Source: a virus | Length of the DNA: 64,000 nt | Virus record (IMG/VR): IMGVR_UViG_3300025840_000011 | Strand: one strand, 5' to 3' | In this document: in pieces, positions 37,486-47,094 of the stretch | Layout of the letters: the number at the start of each line of letters is the position of its first letter | Numbering within the stretch: the first letter of the stretch is position 1 | Program-made: the position numbers and the translations under genes | Notes under the pieces: model-generated | Databases searched by the model: none | Told to the model about the DNA's origin: nothing | What the model saw: only the letters and a program-made list of their open reading frames with translations

Positions 37486-38314
37486 CGTACATGCACAAAC
37501 CGTTTTCGGGACAACCGGAAATGCGGCGCAAGATGGTCTTACATGGGTAATGACCAACGTCCTGCCTCAACAGACAGGACTTACAGTTAATGGTGTTGTG
37601 TACAGATACACAACCATAAAGAACCCCGAAGACGATATGATCGTCTACGTGCAGAACGAGGATGCGGAGAACGAAGGTCAATACATTTTTCGATCCGCAG
37701 ACGATTGGTCTGGATTGCCAGGCAGTTCGATAAGGAGATTGGTTCCTGTCTCTAACATACCTCGAAGTAGGTGGGGAGACGGATCTATTGTTGTGGAAGG
37801 TGAAGGTAAAGTAACGGATCCTACTGTCCTCTACAACTATCAGTACGATCCTTGTTTTGGTGTAACTGATAGACCGGAGTGCCCGAATTATATTCCGTCC
37901 ACTCCAACCGTACCGGAAATTGTAGCGTATGATCCAATGGACGATCAGTTCGTACAAGAAGAACTGGAAAAAGAAACTGAAACTAAAGATGAGGAGGAAG
38001 AAGAGAGAGATAGAGAACAGATTGAGGAGGGTGGTGAATCAAAACCAAACCTGAGAAGGAAATCCCTCGAAGAGATGTTAGGTATTGTTGAGAGGTCACT
38101 TATCGCGTCCGCTGACCAACAGATACACAACCAACTACTCTTACTAAACTTCGTACCAACTTTTTATTATGATACACTCCCCGACACTAAATACGAGGAG
38201 ACCATAACTCTACAGGATGCGAATTTACCTGACAATACTAACGGGTATCGTGTAAACTTTGCCCAAGACCAACTACATCAAGAGATGGTCAATCTACAGT
38301 ATGAACAACCATAA
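37418..38314 (+). CDS. Cassette A gene 2: secreted beta-rich protein with Cys pair and acidic linker
   Basis: Signal peptide (..NVHA); paralog of 51544..52428. Confidence 0.8.
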   Translation: MTRKPYWALVVSLVFFSCFWSSNVHAQTVFGTTGNAAQDGLTWVMTNVLPQQTGLTVNGVVYRYTTIKNPEDDMIVYVQNEDAENEGQYIFRSADDWSGLPGSSIRRLVPVSNIPRSRWGDGSIVVEGEGKVTDPTVLYNYQYDPCFGVTDRPECPNYIPSTPTVPEIVAYDPMDDQFVQEELEKETETKDEEEEERDREQIEEGGESKPNLRRKSLEEMLGIVERSLIASADQQIHNQLLLLNFVPTFYYDTLPDTKYEETITLQDANLPDNTNGYRVNFAQDQLHQEMVNLQYEQP

Positions 38315-38327
38315 AAAGGAACATTAA

Positions 38328-38831
38328 ATGTTAAAGAAAGTACTACCATTAACGGCGTTGTCTCTTGTTCTCGCAACAAGTGCGAATGCAACTAATGTCG
38401 ATATCACGGGTACTGTAGATTCTAAGTGTGTGGTGACAACAGACACTCTAGGTGTCTTTGGAAACCCGACACCAAGTACACTCAGTACTGACGCAGTTGA
38501 CGGGGGTGTTGAACCCATCGTTCGCTACGATGTTATTCAGGCTGATTATTACAAGGCGACAATAACAACTCCAGACCAATTCGTTGAGAGTCCTGCTTTG
38601 GACGATGTTGTGACTTGGAGTGGAACAGTTTCGGTCAGTGAAGTTTCGGATCCCGCGATGGCGGCATACGACACTGAGAAGAGACTCTACAACAACGTAA
38701 CAGAAATCGATCTAACGGTTGCAGGAAGTACTTGGTTCAAAGTATCTTCAGAAGCCGACTATGGATTTGACAAGGCATTACCCGCTGGTATCTATCGTGC
38801 GACAGTACAGGCGGAGTGTATCGCAATCTAA
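38328..38831 (+). CDS. Cassette A gene 3: fimbrial/pilin-subunit-like secreted protein
   Basis: Signal peptide (..SANA), ITGTVDSKCVV N-terminus, G.Y.ATV..EC C-terminal strand; about 146 aa mature. Confidence 0.65.
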   Translation: MLKKVLPLTALSLVLATSANATNVDITGTVDSKCVVTTDTLGVFGNPTPSTLSTDAVDGGVEPIVRYDVIQADYYKATITTPDQFVESPALDDVVTWSGTVSVSEVSDPAMAAYDTEKRLYNNVTEIDLTVAGSTWFKVSSEADYGFDKALPAGIYRATVQAECIAI

Positions 38832-39209
38832 ATGATACGTTTTATTATGTTATTGACAGGATTGTTCTTGAGTGGGTCAGCGATGGCCCACTCTTGGACA
38901 CCAACATATCCAAAACTCGAAAGAAGTTTTGTTGAGAATGTGATGCAGACTGAGATGTTACTGATCAATCGAAGAAGTGATGTTGAGTTCTTCGAGATTA
39001 GTGTTTACGACTCTGAGTGGAACCCCGTGAAATTCGCCACGAGCGAAAAGATAATTAGGGTTCCTTACTTAGAGAGAAGAGAAGTAATGGTGTATATCCG
39101 ACAACAAGATGTTGGTATTGCAGATTACATATGTACAAAAACTAAAATTGTCAGACAAAGGACTACCGGAACGTCCGTGTCTTCTAGGATATGTTCGAGA
39201 TTGAAATGA
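38832..39209 (+). CDS. Cassette A gene 4: secreted Ig-like, PapD-N-chaperone-like protein
   Basis: Signal peptide (..SAMA), HSWTPTY, alternating beta strands, YIC...RICS. Confidence 0.5.
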   Translation: MIRFIMLLTGLFLSGSAMAHSWTPTYPKLERSFVENVMQTEMLLINRRSDVEFFEISVYDSEWNPVKFATSEKIIRVPYLERREVMVYIRQQDVGIADYICTKTKIVRQRTTGTSVSSRICSRLK

Positions 39210-39703
39210 AAAAATTACTCGTTATTGTAGCGTTATTGTTTTCTGCTGAGACCGCAGCGCAGGATTCTATACCCGCAACAACCACTACAACAATAATTGA
39301 GAGAGCGCCCACTAGTAACAGCGCGAGTTCTCTCAATCTTAATATGCCCAACTCTCCCCAAAGTTTTCAACAGGACCGTGTACGTGCAGGAGACTTCGAG
39401 TGTTCTGCCGCGATTGGTTCTGCAACAAATCTAGAGTTTGGTGTGGTGGGTATCCTCAATCAGGATGACCCTTACTACGGAACTTACTATGGTACGGACA
39501 TAGGTCCACCCACGAGATTTGGAAATCAAGCGTTCACACGAGACGTGGGTGTTTACGCACGGATCAATATTCCTATCGGTGCACCAAAAGAGAGACCCAA
39601 CTGTAACTTGTTATACAAACTAGAGTTGGAGAAGAAACGACTAGAGGTCTTAAGACTACAACAGGAACTACAAAACTTACGCAACTTGCAATTCGAAGAA
39701 TAA
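39206..39703 (+). CDS. Cassette A gene 5: secreted protein with amphipathic beta-hairpin and C-terminal coiled coil
   Basis: Signal peptide; DRVRAGD.ECS..IG, LEFGVVG, GVYARINIPIG, NC..LY.LELEKKRLE. Confidence 0.75.
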   Translation: MKKLLVIVALLFSAETAAQDSIPATTTTTIIERAPTSNSASSLNLNMPNSPQSFQQDRVRAGDFECSAAIGSATNLEFGVVGILNQDDPYYGTYYGTDIGPPTRFGNQAFTRDVGVYARINIPIGAPKERPNCNLLYKLELEKKRLEVLRLQQELQNLRNLQFEE

Positions 39704-39743
39704 TAAATACAGTTAAACTAACTACCAAAAAGAGAATAATAAT

Positions 39744-40211
39744 ATGGTAGAACTAGCTGTCGCGGTGCAAGTCGCTGGTGCCGCATATAATGCAATTAAG
39801 GGAGCAGTGGAAAAGGGTAGGGAAGCCCAAGATATGATTGGCGCGTTCGGAAAGTTTTTCGATTCTATGGACGCAGTGAGTGAAGCAAACATCAAGAACC
39901 AATCTACCGCAGGAGTTCAGAAACTTTTTAGTGGTAACAGTGTAGAGGCGCAGGCGTTGGAGATCACCGCCGCGAAACACAAGATTGCATGGATGGAAAA
40001 AGAACTCAGAGAGTACCTGATCTATTCCGGACAAGGCGCCTTCTACGAAGACATGATGGAAGAACGCAAAAGGATACGAAGGTATCGTCAGAACGAAATG
40101 CGTAGGAAGGCGCAGGCCAAGGCGTTCTGGATTGATGTTGCGGCGCTTGTTTTTGGTATAGGAATAAGTATATTTGTGATCACAGGACTCATCACAGTAA
40201 TCGTAAGTTAA
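39744..40211 (+). CDS. Cassette A gene 6: helical protein with C-terminal TM
   Basis: Paralog of 53784..54245 (SVEAQAL..TAA.HKI...EKEL.EYL.Y.GQ..FY.DMM.ER). Confidence 0.8.
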   Translation: MVELAVAVQVAGAAYNAIKGAVEKGREAQDMIGAFGKFFDSMDAVSEANIKNQSTAGVQKLFSGNSVEAQALEITAAKHKIAWMEKELREYLIYSGQGAFYEDMMEERKRIRRYRQNEMRRKAQAKAFWIDVAALVFGIGISIFVITGLITVIVS

Positions 40212-40220
40212 GGATAACAG

Positions 40221-40700
40221 ATGGCAGAATTTGAATTCGCGGGAATGACCTTCAGAGGTGGTAGGATAATGGTTATCCTCACCGCCCTGTCAACCTTGGG
40301 TGGTGCATCTTGGGGTGCATTTGAGTTCTATAAAGACTACATGGATATGAAAGAGATCATTGCGAACATCGATACCACAGAGATTGAGAACCGCAATAGA
40401 CTAATCGAGCAGAAGTTAGACGATGCGTTGATTCAAGTTGACGCCGCAGTAGACTATTCCAGAACTATCAAGAACGACTTACGAGACGATTTCAATCGCA
40501 TGGAACGCAACGTTGACCGTGTGGAGGATCAAGGGAGAACTCTAGAAACCGTAGTTGAAGATATGATAGATAGGGCTGACGAACGATTTGATACCAAACG
40601 AGATGCACTCGTTGTGGATACTGATCGTAAACTTCAACAGGTAGAGGAAAGACTCGACGCAAAAATACAGGCGTTTTTAGATAATCCTTTATCAAATTAG
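40221..40700 (+). CDS. Cassette A gene 7: N-terminal TM plus coiled coil, ending LDNPL
   Basis: MAEFEFAGMTFRGG...TALSTLGG..WGAFEFY.DY; paralog of 54538..55017. Confidence 0.8.
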   Translation: MAEFEFAGMTFRGGRIMVILTALSTLGGASWGAFEFYKDYMDMKEIIANIDTTEIENRNRLIEQKLDDALIQVDAAVDYSRTIKNDLRDDFNRMERNVDRVEDQGRTLETVVEDMIDRADERFDTKRDALVVDTDRKLQQVEERLDAKIQAFLDNPLSN

Positions 40701-40712
40701 GTCTTGACAAAA

Positions 40713-41087
40713 ATGAAAAATCGTGTTATAATCTTAGCTAGCTTGCTGGGGATGAGTATACTCAGCGGTTGTGCATCACTCTACGACGATAATGAGTCGT
40801 ATCAAGCGGTAGAACTCTACCACAACATCAATAATCTAGAATGTAGTGACGAAGGTCTCGCAATAGAACAAGCGGCGATTATCGATGATAACGTTGACTG
40901 GTTGATTGCGTACTCCGAACTCAAAGGATCCCGTGATGTTAATAACCTTTTACTACTTATGAAAACCACAACGGAACCCCTCGCGGCGCGAGAATCGATG
41001 TCACCTACATATTGTGGACTGAAGAAAACTTTATTGCAGGAACAGAGTCGTGACGTTGGAACGGCGATCCTACGGAGAAACAAATGA
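40713..41087 (+). CDS. Lipoprotein
   Basis: MKNRVIILASLLGMSILSG-C lipobox. Confidence 0.7.
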   Translation: MKNRVIILASLLGMSILSGCASLYDDNESYQAVELYHNINNLECSDEGLAIEQAAIIDDNVDWLIAYSELKGSRDVNNLLLLMKTTTEPLAARESMSPTYCGLKKTLLQEQSRDVGTAILRRNK

Positions 41088-41320
41088 GTCCAGAACTACA
41101 AGAAATTAAACGGCAAGCAGAAGACCAAGACATGTCTAGACTGGCCCTGTTAGTCCAGTCCACCACAGTCGAGTACGAGTCGGGTAACCTGACCAAGGAA
41201 GAGTTCTTTGAGATCCTCGAAGACATCAAGACCACTCAGGAGATTGCAGAACAGTCCAACTCCATGATCTGGAGAAACCGACTGATTTTGGCGATCTCAA
41301 CCCTCATGTCCTTGTACTGA
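41084..41320 (+). CDS. Hypothetical protein
   Basis: 78-aa ORF with GGAG SD and 4-nt overlap. Confidence 0.65.
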   Translation: MSPELQEIKRQAEDQDMSRLALLVQSTTVEYESGNLTKEEFFEILEDIKTTQEIAEQSNSMIWRNRLILAISTLMSLY

Positions 41321-41380
41321 AAATAAATTTAACTTTTTTTCGAAAAAAGTATTGACAATCTCTGCCTAGTGTAGTATTAT
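41320..41380 (+). promoter_or_regulatory. Strong early-type sigma70 promoter with UP element
   Basis: AT tracts, then TTGACA-N17-TATTAT. Confidence 0.8.
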
Positions 41381-41430
41381 ACATACATAACTGAGGAGAT
41401 AGTCTTCTCAGAACTTTGGAGAAATATATT

Positions 41431-42405
41431 ATGTCGCATGAAGTCGAAACTATGGCATACGCAGGTGCAGTCCCTTGGCATGGTCTTGGTGTACCAGTAT
41501 CTAACGATCTCACTCCCGCACAGATGATGCAGAAGGCTGGTCTTGACTGGACAGTCGAGAAGGTTCCTACCTATGCACGTGTGGGTGACACGGTTCTGTC
41601 GCAAATTGAAATCCCGACAGGTGTCGAGGCTCTTGTTCGTTCTTCGGACAACAAGGTTCTGACTCAGGTTGGTGAGAACTGGAACCCCGTCCAGAACGAA
41701 GAAGCGTTTGAATTCTTCTCTGAGTACGTTCTTGCTGGTGACATGGAAATGCACACCGCTGGTTCACTGAAGGGTGGACAGATGGTTTGGGCACTCGCCA
41801 AGATCAAGGAGTCGTTCGATATCCTTGGTGGTGATCAGGTTGACTCCTACCTTCTCTTCTCTAACCCTCACCAGTACGGTAAGTCGATTGACGTTCGGTT
41901 CACTCCGATTCGTGTGGTCTGCAACAACACTCTTACCATGTCGCTGGGTCAGCAGGTTGCAAACTCCTGCAAGATGAACCACCGTTCTGAGTTTAACCCT
42001 CAGAAGGTTAAGGAAGCTCTGGGTATCGCCCACGAGAAGTTTGATCAGTACAAAGAGATGGCAGAGTTCCTCGCAAAGAGGCGGTTCACTATGGACTCTC
42101 TGATCCAGTACTACAACGAAGTCTTCCCACGTACTTACACTGGTAAGAAGTCTCCGGACAATGTACAACAGTTCGAAGACCTAACTACGAACGCGAAGAA
42201 GGCGTTTGAGGTTCTAGAGACTCAGCCTGGTGCGGAGTTCGCGGAAGGTTCATGGTGGCAGGCACTTAACAGTGTCACCTACTTGACCGATCACATTATG
42301 GGTCGAGAGGCAGACTCACGTTTGACCTCTGCATGGTTTGGTTCTAACCAGACTCGTAAACAACGTGCGGTTGAAAAGGCGGTGGAGTTCGCAGTAGCCG
42401 CTTAA
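41431..42405 (+). CDS. DUF932/DUF945 family phage/plasmid protein
   Basis: MAYAGAVPWHGLG, AGLDWTVEK, PVQNEEAF, TAGSLKGG, TPIRVVCNNTL. Confidence 0.85.
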   Translation: MSHEVETMAYAGAVPWHGLGVPVSNDLTPAQMMQKAGLDWTVEKVPTYARVGDTVLSQIEIPTGVEALVRSSDNKVLTQVGENWNPVQNEEAFEFFSEYVLAGDMEMHTAGSLKGGQMVWALAKIKESFDILGGDQVDSYLLFSNPHQYGKSIDVRFTPIRVVCNNTLTMSLGQQVANSCKMNHRSEFNPQKVKEALGIAHEKFDQYKEMAEFLAKRRFTMDSLIQYYNEVFPRTYTGKKSPDNVQQFEDLTTNAKKAFEVLETQPGAEFAEGSWWQALNSVTYLTDHIMGREADSRLTSAWFGSNQTRKQRAVEKAVEFAVAA

Positions 42406-42411
42406 CAGTTT

Positions 42412-42490
42412 GTGGGTACGGCCCTCTGGTAACAGGGGGCCTCAACCGGACGCTTGGGACATGCAAACCCTGTCACCCTACCCACTTTTT
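42412..42490 (+). ncRNA. Candidate structured RNA (multi-stem) upstream of tRNA-Thr
   Basis: GTGGGTA/TACCCAC closing stem around a GGCCCTCTG-GTAA-CAGGGGGCC hairpin and a GACA/TGTC stem, followed by TTTTT. Confidence 0.5.
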
Positions 42491-42494
42491 ATTC

Positions 42495-42569
42495 GCCGGA
42501 GTAGCACAACGGTAGTGCAACTGATTTGTAATCAGTAGGTTGAGGGTTCGATTCCTTTCTCCGGCACCA
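42495..42569 (+). tRNA. tRNA-Thr (anticodon TGT)
   Basis: GCCGGAG/CTCCGGC acceptor stem, ACTGA-TTTGTAA-TCAGT anticodon arm, GGTTCGATTCC, encoded CCA. Confidence 0.95.
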
Positions 42570-42584
42570 TATGAGATTGATGTG

Positions 42585-42869
42585 ATGAACCAAGACATAC
42601 TATCACAAGCAAGGCGTTTTTATCATCATGTGGTCAATGGCGGTAAGTTGAAACCTGAAGATGTTTCTTACATGGTATCTGCTCTTGAGGAAGCCTACGA
42701 AGACCACGCACTGACATTTGAAGAATGGTTAGATGAAATAGAATGCTACTCGACACGTCGAGAACGCCTAGGTGAAGAACTGCCTGTATCAGATGCATTG
42801 ATAAAATGGCTACGAGCCGCCTATGAAGTAGGATACGAACAAGGAAAGAAAGATGACCTTACCAACTGA
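42585..42869 (+). CDS. Hypothetical protein
   Basis: Start moved downstream of the tRNA; TFEEWLDEIECYSTRRERL. Confidence 0.65.
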   Translation: MNQDILSQARRFYHHVVNGGKLKPEDVSYMVSALEEAYEDHALTFEEWLDEIECYSTRRERLGEELPVSDALIKWLRAAYEVGYEQGKKDDLTN

Positions 42870-43041
42870 AAGAACCAATGCAGTATTGAGAACAGAGAAG
42901 TTCCTATTAGACCTCTGCAATCCCAAGGCTACACCTAGAGTTCCACGAGCAGTGAGGCAAGAGGCAGGCAGACTGCTAAAACACTATCCCAGCAAATATG
43001 ATATGGAAGAAATGGAGGGACGTTTTGAATATAAAACATGA
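42853..43041 (+). CDS. BPSL0761-like small protein
   Basis: MTLPTERTNAV...FLLDL...VPRAVRQEA..LLKHYP. Confidence 0.65.
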   Translation: MTLPTERTNAVLRTEKFLLDLCNPKATPRVPRAVRQEAGRLLKHYPSKYDMEEMEGRFEYKT

Positions 43042-43642
43042 ACCTATTTTTAACACTGATGCTATGGCAGAACACTATTCTAAAAAAGACGGTGTAGCTG
43101 TTAAGTATGTTTGCACAAGTGCACTGGGCGGTGAAGCACAGGCTATGGATATTTTCTATCGTGATACTCCTCATCCTCAATTTGGTAATCGCTACTTTGG
43201 TATGTTTATTGACACAGAGGATCGTGTGATGATCACCAATGCAGATCGTATCGAGGGTGCAGAGTTTGCCATGATCGAGGATGGCGAAGGTAACCTACAT
43301 TACAGTGCTCATCGACATGACTGCAAAATGATCGGTGACAACATGATTGATGGTGGCAGAGCATACATTCGCTCAAGCGGTGATGTTGTATTGTACAAAA
43401 TTCGTGATGGTGAGATTGTAAAAATGGAAGATCGGACCAGTTCTAAGTTACCGACAATCATTGCGGTGAACGATAGATTGAATGAGGTCATGGTCGAGGA
43501 ACTTGATGGATCTTACAATAGATACAAAAAAGTCTTGACAATGTGGTCTCACTTCTGTATCATAGAAAAATGTGAGATGGAAGTTGAATCGGGGTCGCCC
43601 TGTAACTGGTGTGGTCTCACAGAGAATCAACAATACGATTAA
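43025..43642 (+). CDS. Hypothetical protein
   Basis: DIFYRDTPHPQFGNRYFG, YSAHRHD, IDGGRAYIR; C-terminal Cys cluster. Confidence 0.7.
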   Translation: MNIKHEPIFNTDAMAEHYSKKDGVAVKYVCTSALGGEAQAMDIFYRDTPHPQFGNRYFGMFIDTEDRVMITNADRIEGAEFAMIEDGEGNLHYSAHRHDCKMIGDNMIDGGRAYIRSSGDVVLYKIRDGEIVKMEDRTSSKLPTIIAVNDRLNEVMVEELDGSYNRYKKVLTMWSHFCIIEKCEMEVESGSPCNWCGLTENQQYD

Positions 43643-43659
43643 CACTCTAGTACGGAGAT

Positions 43660-43848
43660 ATGAAAATGAGTGAAGTACGTACCGTTCGTGACATCGAAAT
43701 CGATATCGCATGGGCTCAGAATGAGTTGGACGATATCCAGAACGGAGACCTTCTGGGTCTGGGGATGGTTCGGAAGCGCCGTAAGGAGCTCCAAAATCTG
43801 GTCAAATCCTTGTTCAAGGAGCGAAATGTTTTGAAAAAAAGTTCTTGA
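43660..43848 (+). CDS. Hypothetical protein
   Basis: 62-aa ORF with GGAG SD. Confidence 0.55.
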   Translation: MKMSEVRTVRDIEIDIAWAQNELDDIQNGDLLGLGMVRKRRKELQNLVKSLFKERNVLKKSS

Positions 43849-43873
43849 CATTTCTTGCGGAGGCTGGTATTAT
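43830..43873 (+). promoter_or_regulatory. Early-type sigma70 promoter with A-tract
   Basis: TTGACA-N17-TATTAT; spacer begins TTTCTTGCGGAG as at 14800. Confidence 0.8.
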
Positions 43874-43905
43874 AGGTACTGAAATGGTGATTCGAGAGGA
43901 ATCTA

Positions 43906-44493
43906 ATGTCACAAATCGAGTACAAAACCTACCTTCTCAAATTCAAAAAGAAACAGAACAAGGGTGCACGGGGTACTAGAGACTCCGAACGTGCCAAGAC
44001 TTATGAGTCTGAGTGGGCGTTCCAACGTCAATTCAATGTCCCCAAATTCAATGACATTAAAGAGGCGCAGAAGTACGCTAAGAAAATCTACAAGTCTAAG
44101 ACTTGGCAGAAACTCTGGTCCACGCATATCAATGAGGATGTGACTCGACTGTTCGCCTCTAACCCTCCGGTTGTTGCGAAACTCCGTAGTTCGGGTCGGG
44201 GTACTTCTGGTTGGACTAACGGACATACCGTTACCCTAGATACCAAATGCGGTTTGGACGTTTACGTCTTGTTACACGAGTTGACTCACTGTCTGGGTAA
44301 CATGCATCACGGACGATCTTTCCGGAAAGACTTACTCTCTCTGGTTTCTAGGTTCCTTGGTAGAGACGCCGCGAAGATCCTGAAGGGTGAGTTCAGGAAA
44401 CGTAAACTCGCTTGTGGTGAGGAACGTAAACCCCTCAGTTACGAACAGTGGATGTCTGCAAGACAACGTATGGAGAAAATACGTAATGGATGA
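43906..44493 (+). CDS. HEXXH zinc-metallopeptidase-like basic protein
   Basis: VLLHELTHCL..MHHGRSF. Confidence 0.7.
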   Translation: MSQIEYKTYLLKFKKKQNKGARGTRDSERAKTYESEWAFQRQFNVPKFNDIKEAQKYAKKIYKSKTWQKLWSTHINEDVTRLFASNPPVVAKLRSSGRGTSGWTNGHTVTLDTKCGLDVYVLLHELTHCLGNMHHGRSFRKDLLSLVSRFLGRDAAKILKGEFRKRKLACGEERKPLSYEQWMSARQRMEKIRNG

Positions 44494-44791
44494 GAAGGAA
44501 TTCGCGCCAGAAGAACTGGCGAATTCAAAAAGAATATTTAAGTCCGCTACACCGAAGGGTGGATTTGACTGGTACATTAAATGGTTCGCAACCGTAATGA
44601 TACTCTCAGCGGTCACTATCAGATCGACTGGTATACCGGAGTTGCAGATTTACGATATGGCGTTCTCTTGGGTTGGTGCAATTGGGTGGTTTGTAGTTTC
44701 CTACATATGGCAGGATAGGGCACTTATACTACTCAACGGAGTGATGGGTGTCCTGTTGTTCTCTGGACTGATACGTTACTTCGTAAATTAG
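44486..44791 (+). CDS. Three-TM membrane protein
   Basis: DWYIKWFAT...WQDRALILLNG. Confidence 0.7.
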   Translation: MDEKEFAPEELANSKRIFKSATPKGGFDWYIKWFATVMILSAVTIRSTGIPELQIYDMAFSWVGAIGWFVVSYIWQDRALILLNGVMGVLLFSGLIRYFVN

Positions 44792-44797
44792 GAAAAA

Positions 44798-45070
44798 ATG
44801 GTAATGAATGTTGAACTGAACGTTGAAGTGACACCTTGGTTTGATGAAAAGGGTGTTCTTACTAGTCTCTATATTGGAGACGCATGTGAACCTGCCTATG
44901 AGGGACACACTCCATACAAAGATCTTGTCAAACAGAATCTATTCTGTTATACTGTGTTAGGAAAGATTCCCCCTGAACATTTTGATGAGGTCGAAGAGTT
45001 CGTGCGGGAACTGGAGAAGGCGGCCAAGTACGCACGTAAACAAATGGAAAAGATGAAAGAAGATGTTTGA
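44798..45070 (+). CDS. Hypothetical protein
   Basis: 90-aa ORF within the operon. Confidence 0.6.
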   Translation: MVMNVELNVEVTPWFDEKGVLTSLYIGDACEPAYEGHTPYKDLVKQNLFCYTVLGKIPPEHFDEVEEFVRELEKAAKYARKQMEKMKEDV

Positions 45071-45737
45071 ACACGTATCAGTTGAATTGAAAGAGATGGA
45101 AGCGGTCACTACCGAAGAGGGTCGTAAGTATCAGACTCCCGAAGGTATTAACCTCCCATCCATTACTACCGTCCTGAGTATTCTCTCACGGGACGGTATT
45201 GCCGCATGGCGTAAACGTGTAGGTGAGGAAGAGGCTAATCGAATCTCTCGTGTTGCTTCTACTCGTGGTACTAAGGTACACGAAATCATAGAGAAGTACA
45301 TTAACAACGAGGAGGATTTTAAAGATGGATACACACCAGATATTATTTCCAGTTTTCTTGACCTTAAGTCCATTCTTGATGATCGTATTGGCAGAGTATT
45401 TGCACAGGAAGCACCTCTTTACTCCAATCATCTTGGCGTTGCTGGTAGGGTTGACTGTGTGGCTGAGTTTGACGGTACAATTTCTATTATAGACTTCAAG
45501 ACTTCTCGTAAGAAGAAGTTCCCGTCCATGATCAAGAACTACTTCATGCAAGAATCTGCCTACGCAATCATGTGGGAAGAACGTACTGGTCAACCCATCA
45601 CTCAGTTGGTCACCATTATTGCAGTAGATGATAATCCGCCTCAGGTGTTTATCGAACACCGTGACAACTGGGTACGCCCTCTCAAAGAAACCATTGAACA
45701 GTGGAACGAGGAAAATTCGACTTTACAATTCTTATAA
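45063..45737 (+). CDS. PD-(D/E)xK exonuclease (T4-like phage exonuclease)
   Basis: LPSITTVLS, RGTKVH, E..L, AGRVD, IIDFKTS, YFMQESAYA. Confidence 0.85.
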   Translation: MFEHVSVELKEMEAVTTEEGRKYQTPEGINLPSITTVLSILSRDGIAAWRKRVGEEEANRISRVASTRGTKVHEIIEKYINNEEDFKDGYTPDIISSFLDLKSILDDRIGRVFAQEAPLYSNHLGVAGRVDCVAEFDGTISIIDFKTSRKKKFPSMIKNYFMQESAYAIMWEERTGQPITQLVTIIAVDDNPPQVFIEHRDNWVRPLKETIEQWNEENSTLQFL

Positions 45738-45740
45738 ATA
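45733..45740 (+). promoter_or_regulatory. T4-type late promoter
   Basis: TATAAATA. Confidence 0.75.
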
Positions 45741-45779
45741 GTGTTATAGTTTTTGTTAAACACTAACGGAATAAGTCGT

Positions 45780-47093
45780 ATGTTAAGATTTTCTAGTTTC
45801 GAAGAACTCTCAGAGTCGAAGTTGACCTTCGGCGAAATCGTGCGGGACGATAGGGCGTTTCGTCTAGAATTGTTTTTGCGTAAGTACAAAGGTAACGAAC
45901 CTTTCGAACTGACCGATGGTAGTCAAGTCACTCTCCAGTATGATGCCGCAATTGAAAAGGCGTTGAGGGCGGGAGACGCAAAGACAGGTAACAAGATTGG
46001 TCTCATGACCAACACCGGACAGAAGATTGCGTTCGGTAGTCTCGCAAAGACTCAGGAGTTTGGTGGTGGTCGTGGTTCCGGCGGTGGATCAGACAATACC
46101 CGTGCAACCGAATCCGCACAGTGCGTTTACCTTCAGGCCATCTGGGATGATCCCTCAACCAAATTCTCTCCGGACGATATCCGCAACGCATACAAGAAAA
46201 CTTTCACAGACGCTACCTTGGAAGATGTTTTGTTGGGTGACAATAATTGGATTGGTTCATCGATTGAGATTGCGAGGATCCTCTACAGGGTTTTGAAGAG
46301 ACAAGGAACCTACAGTTTTCACCGTGGGTCCGACTGGGTTGATTCCCTTGAGAACAAGTTCAAGGCGTTGAACCGTCAAGAGAAATTATTTCAGAACGTC
46401 AATAAGTGGACTCCCGCCGACATCTGGTTGGTAAAAAAAGGTAAAGAAGGTGCGTATGACATAGACGGTTGTGATTCTATCAACGCACTCAACCAAGTAC
46501 TTCTACAGGCGTTCAAAGAACGTGACATTATTGGGGTGTCACTCAAAACCACCGCTGGTGGTAAACCTAGACTTGCACAAGTCAACTACAAGAAACCATT
46601 CAAACCACCCGTCTTCCAGTCTGTCTCTTATAACAAGCGCGGAGACTTCTTCAAGTCAAAGGACGGATATCTGTTCGGACAGGGTGGTGTTGAGATTCAG
46701 TTCCGCACCTTCCCCACGTTCCAGTGTGAGGTCATCGGTAAGAAAGCAAAACACGGTAAGGTATCCCACGGTGGGATTGACTCCGCACTCTATGCAACTA
46801 CACGTAATAAGACTGAGGCTCGAAAGACTCTAGAGGCAGAGATTAAGAAAGACCGTGAGGGGTTCTTGGATAAGTTCTACGGATTCTATTCCGGTGAGGT
46901 AACCAACCCCGTTGACCGACAGGAGTTCTCGAAGAAACTGGCCAGTAAGAATGTCGAATGGTTGGTTTCTAAATATTACGTAACAACGATTTTTACCATG
47001 ATCAAAGGACGTGAACAAGACTTTATGTCGAGTCTATATCGTGTTGCCAAATCAGAATCAGCAGATTCTGCCGTCCACTTAAAGGTAATGTAA
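45780..47093 (+). CDS. Restriction-endonuclease-fold (PD-(D/E)xK-like) late protein with capsid-targeting-like N-terminus
   Basis: MLRFSSFEELSE; TESAQC, NKWTPADIW, IIGVSLK. Confidence 0.55.
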   Translation: MLRFSSFEELSESKLTFGEIVRDDRAFRLELFLRKYKGNEPFELTDGSQVTLQYDAAIEKALRAGDAKTGNKIGLMTNTGQKIAFGSLAKTQEFGGGRGSGGGSDNTRATESAQCVYLQAIWDDPSTKFSPDDIRNAYKKTFTDATLEDVLLGDNNWIGSSIEIARILYRVLKRQGTYSFHRGSDWVDSLENKFKALNRQEKLFQNVNKWTPADIWLVKKGKEGAYDIDGCDSINALNQVLLQAFKERDIIGVSLKTTAGGKPRLAQVNYKKPFKPPVFQSVSYNKRGDFFKSKDGYLFGQGGVEIQFRTFPTFQCEVIGKKAKHGKVSHGGIDSALYATTRNKTEARKTLEAEIKKDREGFLDKFYGFYSGEVTNPVDRQEFSKKLASKNVEWLVSKYYVTTIFTMIKGREQDFMSSLYRVAKSESADSAVHLKVM

Positions 47094-47094
47094 C

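Noticed and set aside
42440-42480. c-di-GMP-I riboswitch or HDV-like (theta) ribozyme, suggested by GCAAACC and tRNA proximity
   Set aside because: The required stem order and nested pseudoknot could not be built by eye, and the element is 5' rather than 3' of the tRNA; kept only as an unassigned structured RNA
42540-42584. N-terminal extension of ORF 42540..42869
   Set aside because: It overlaps tRNA-Thr; the start was reassigned to ATG 42585
45063-45737. Cas4 / CRISPR-Cas locus
   Set aside because: It is a stand-alone PD-(D/E)xK phage exonuclease without the Fe-S cysteines; no repeat-spacer array or other cas genes were seen in the window
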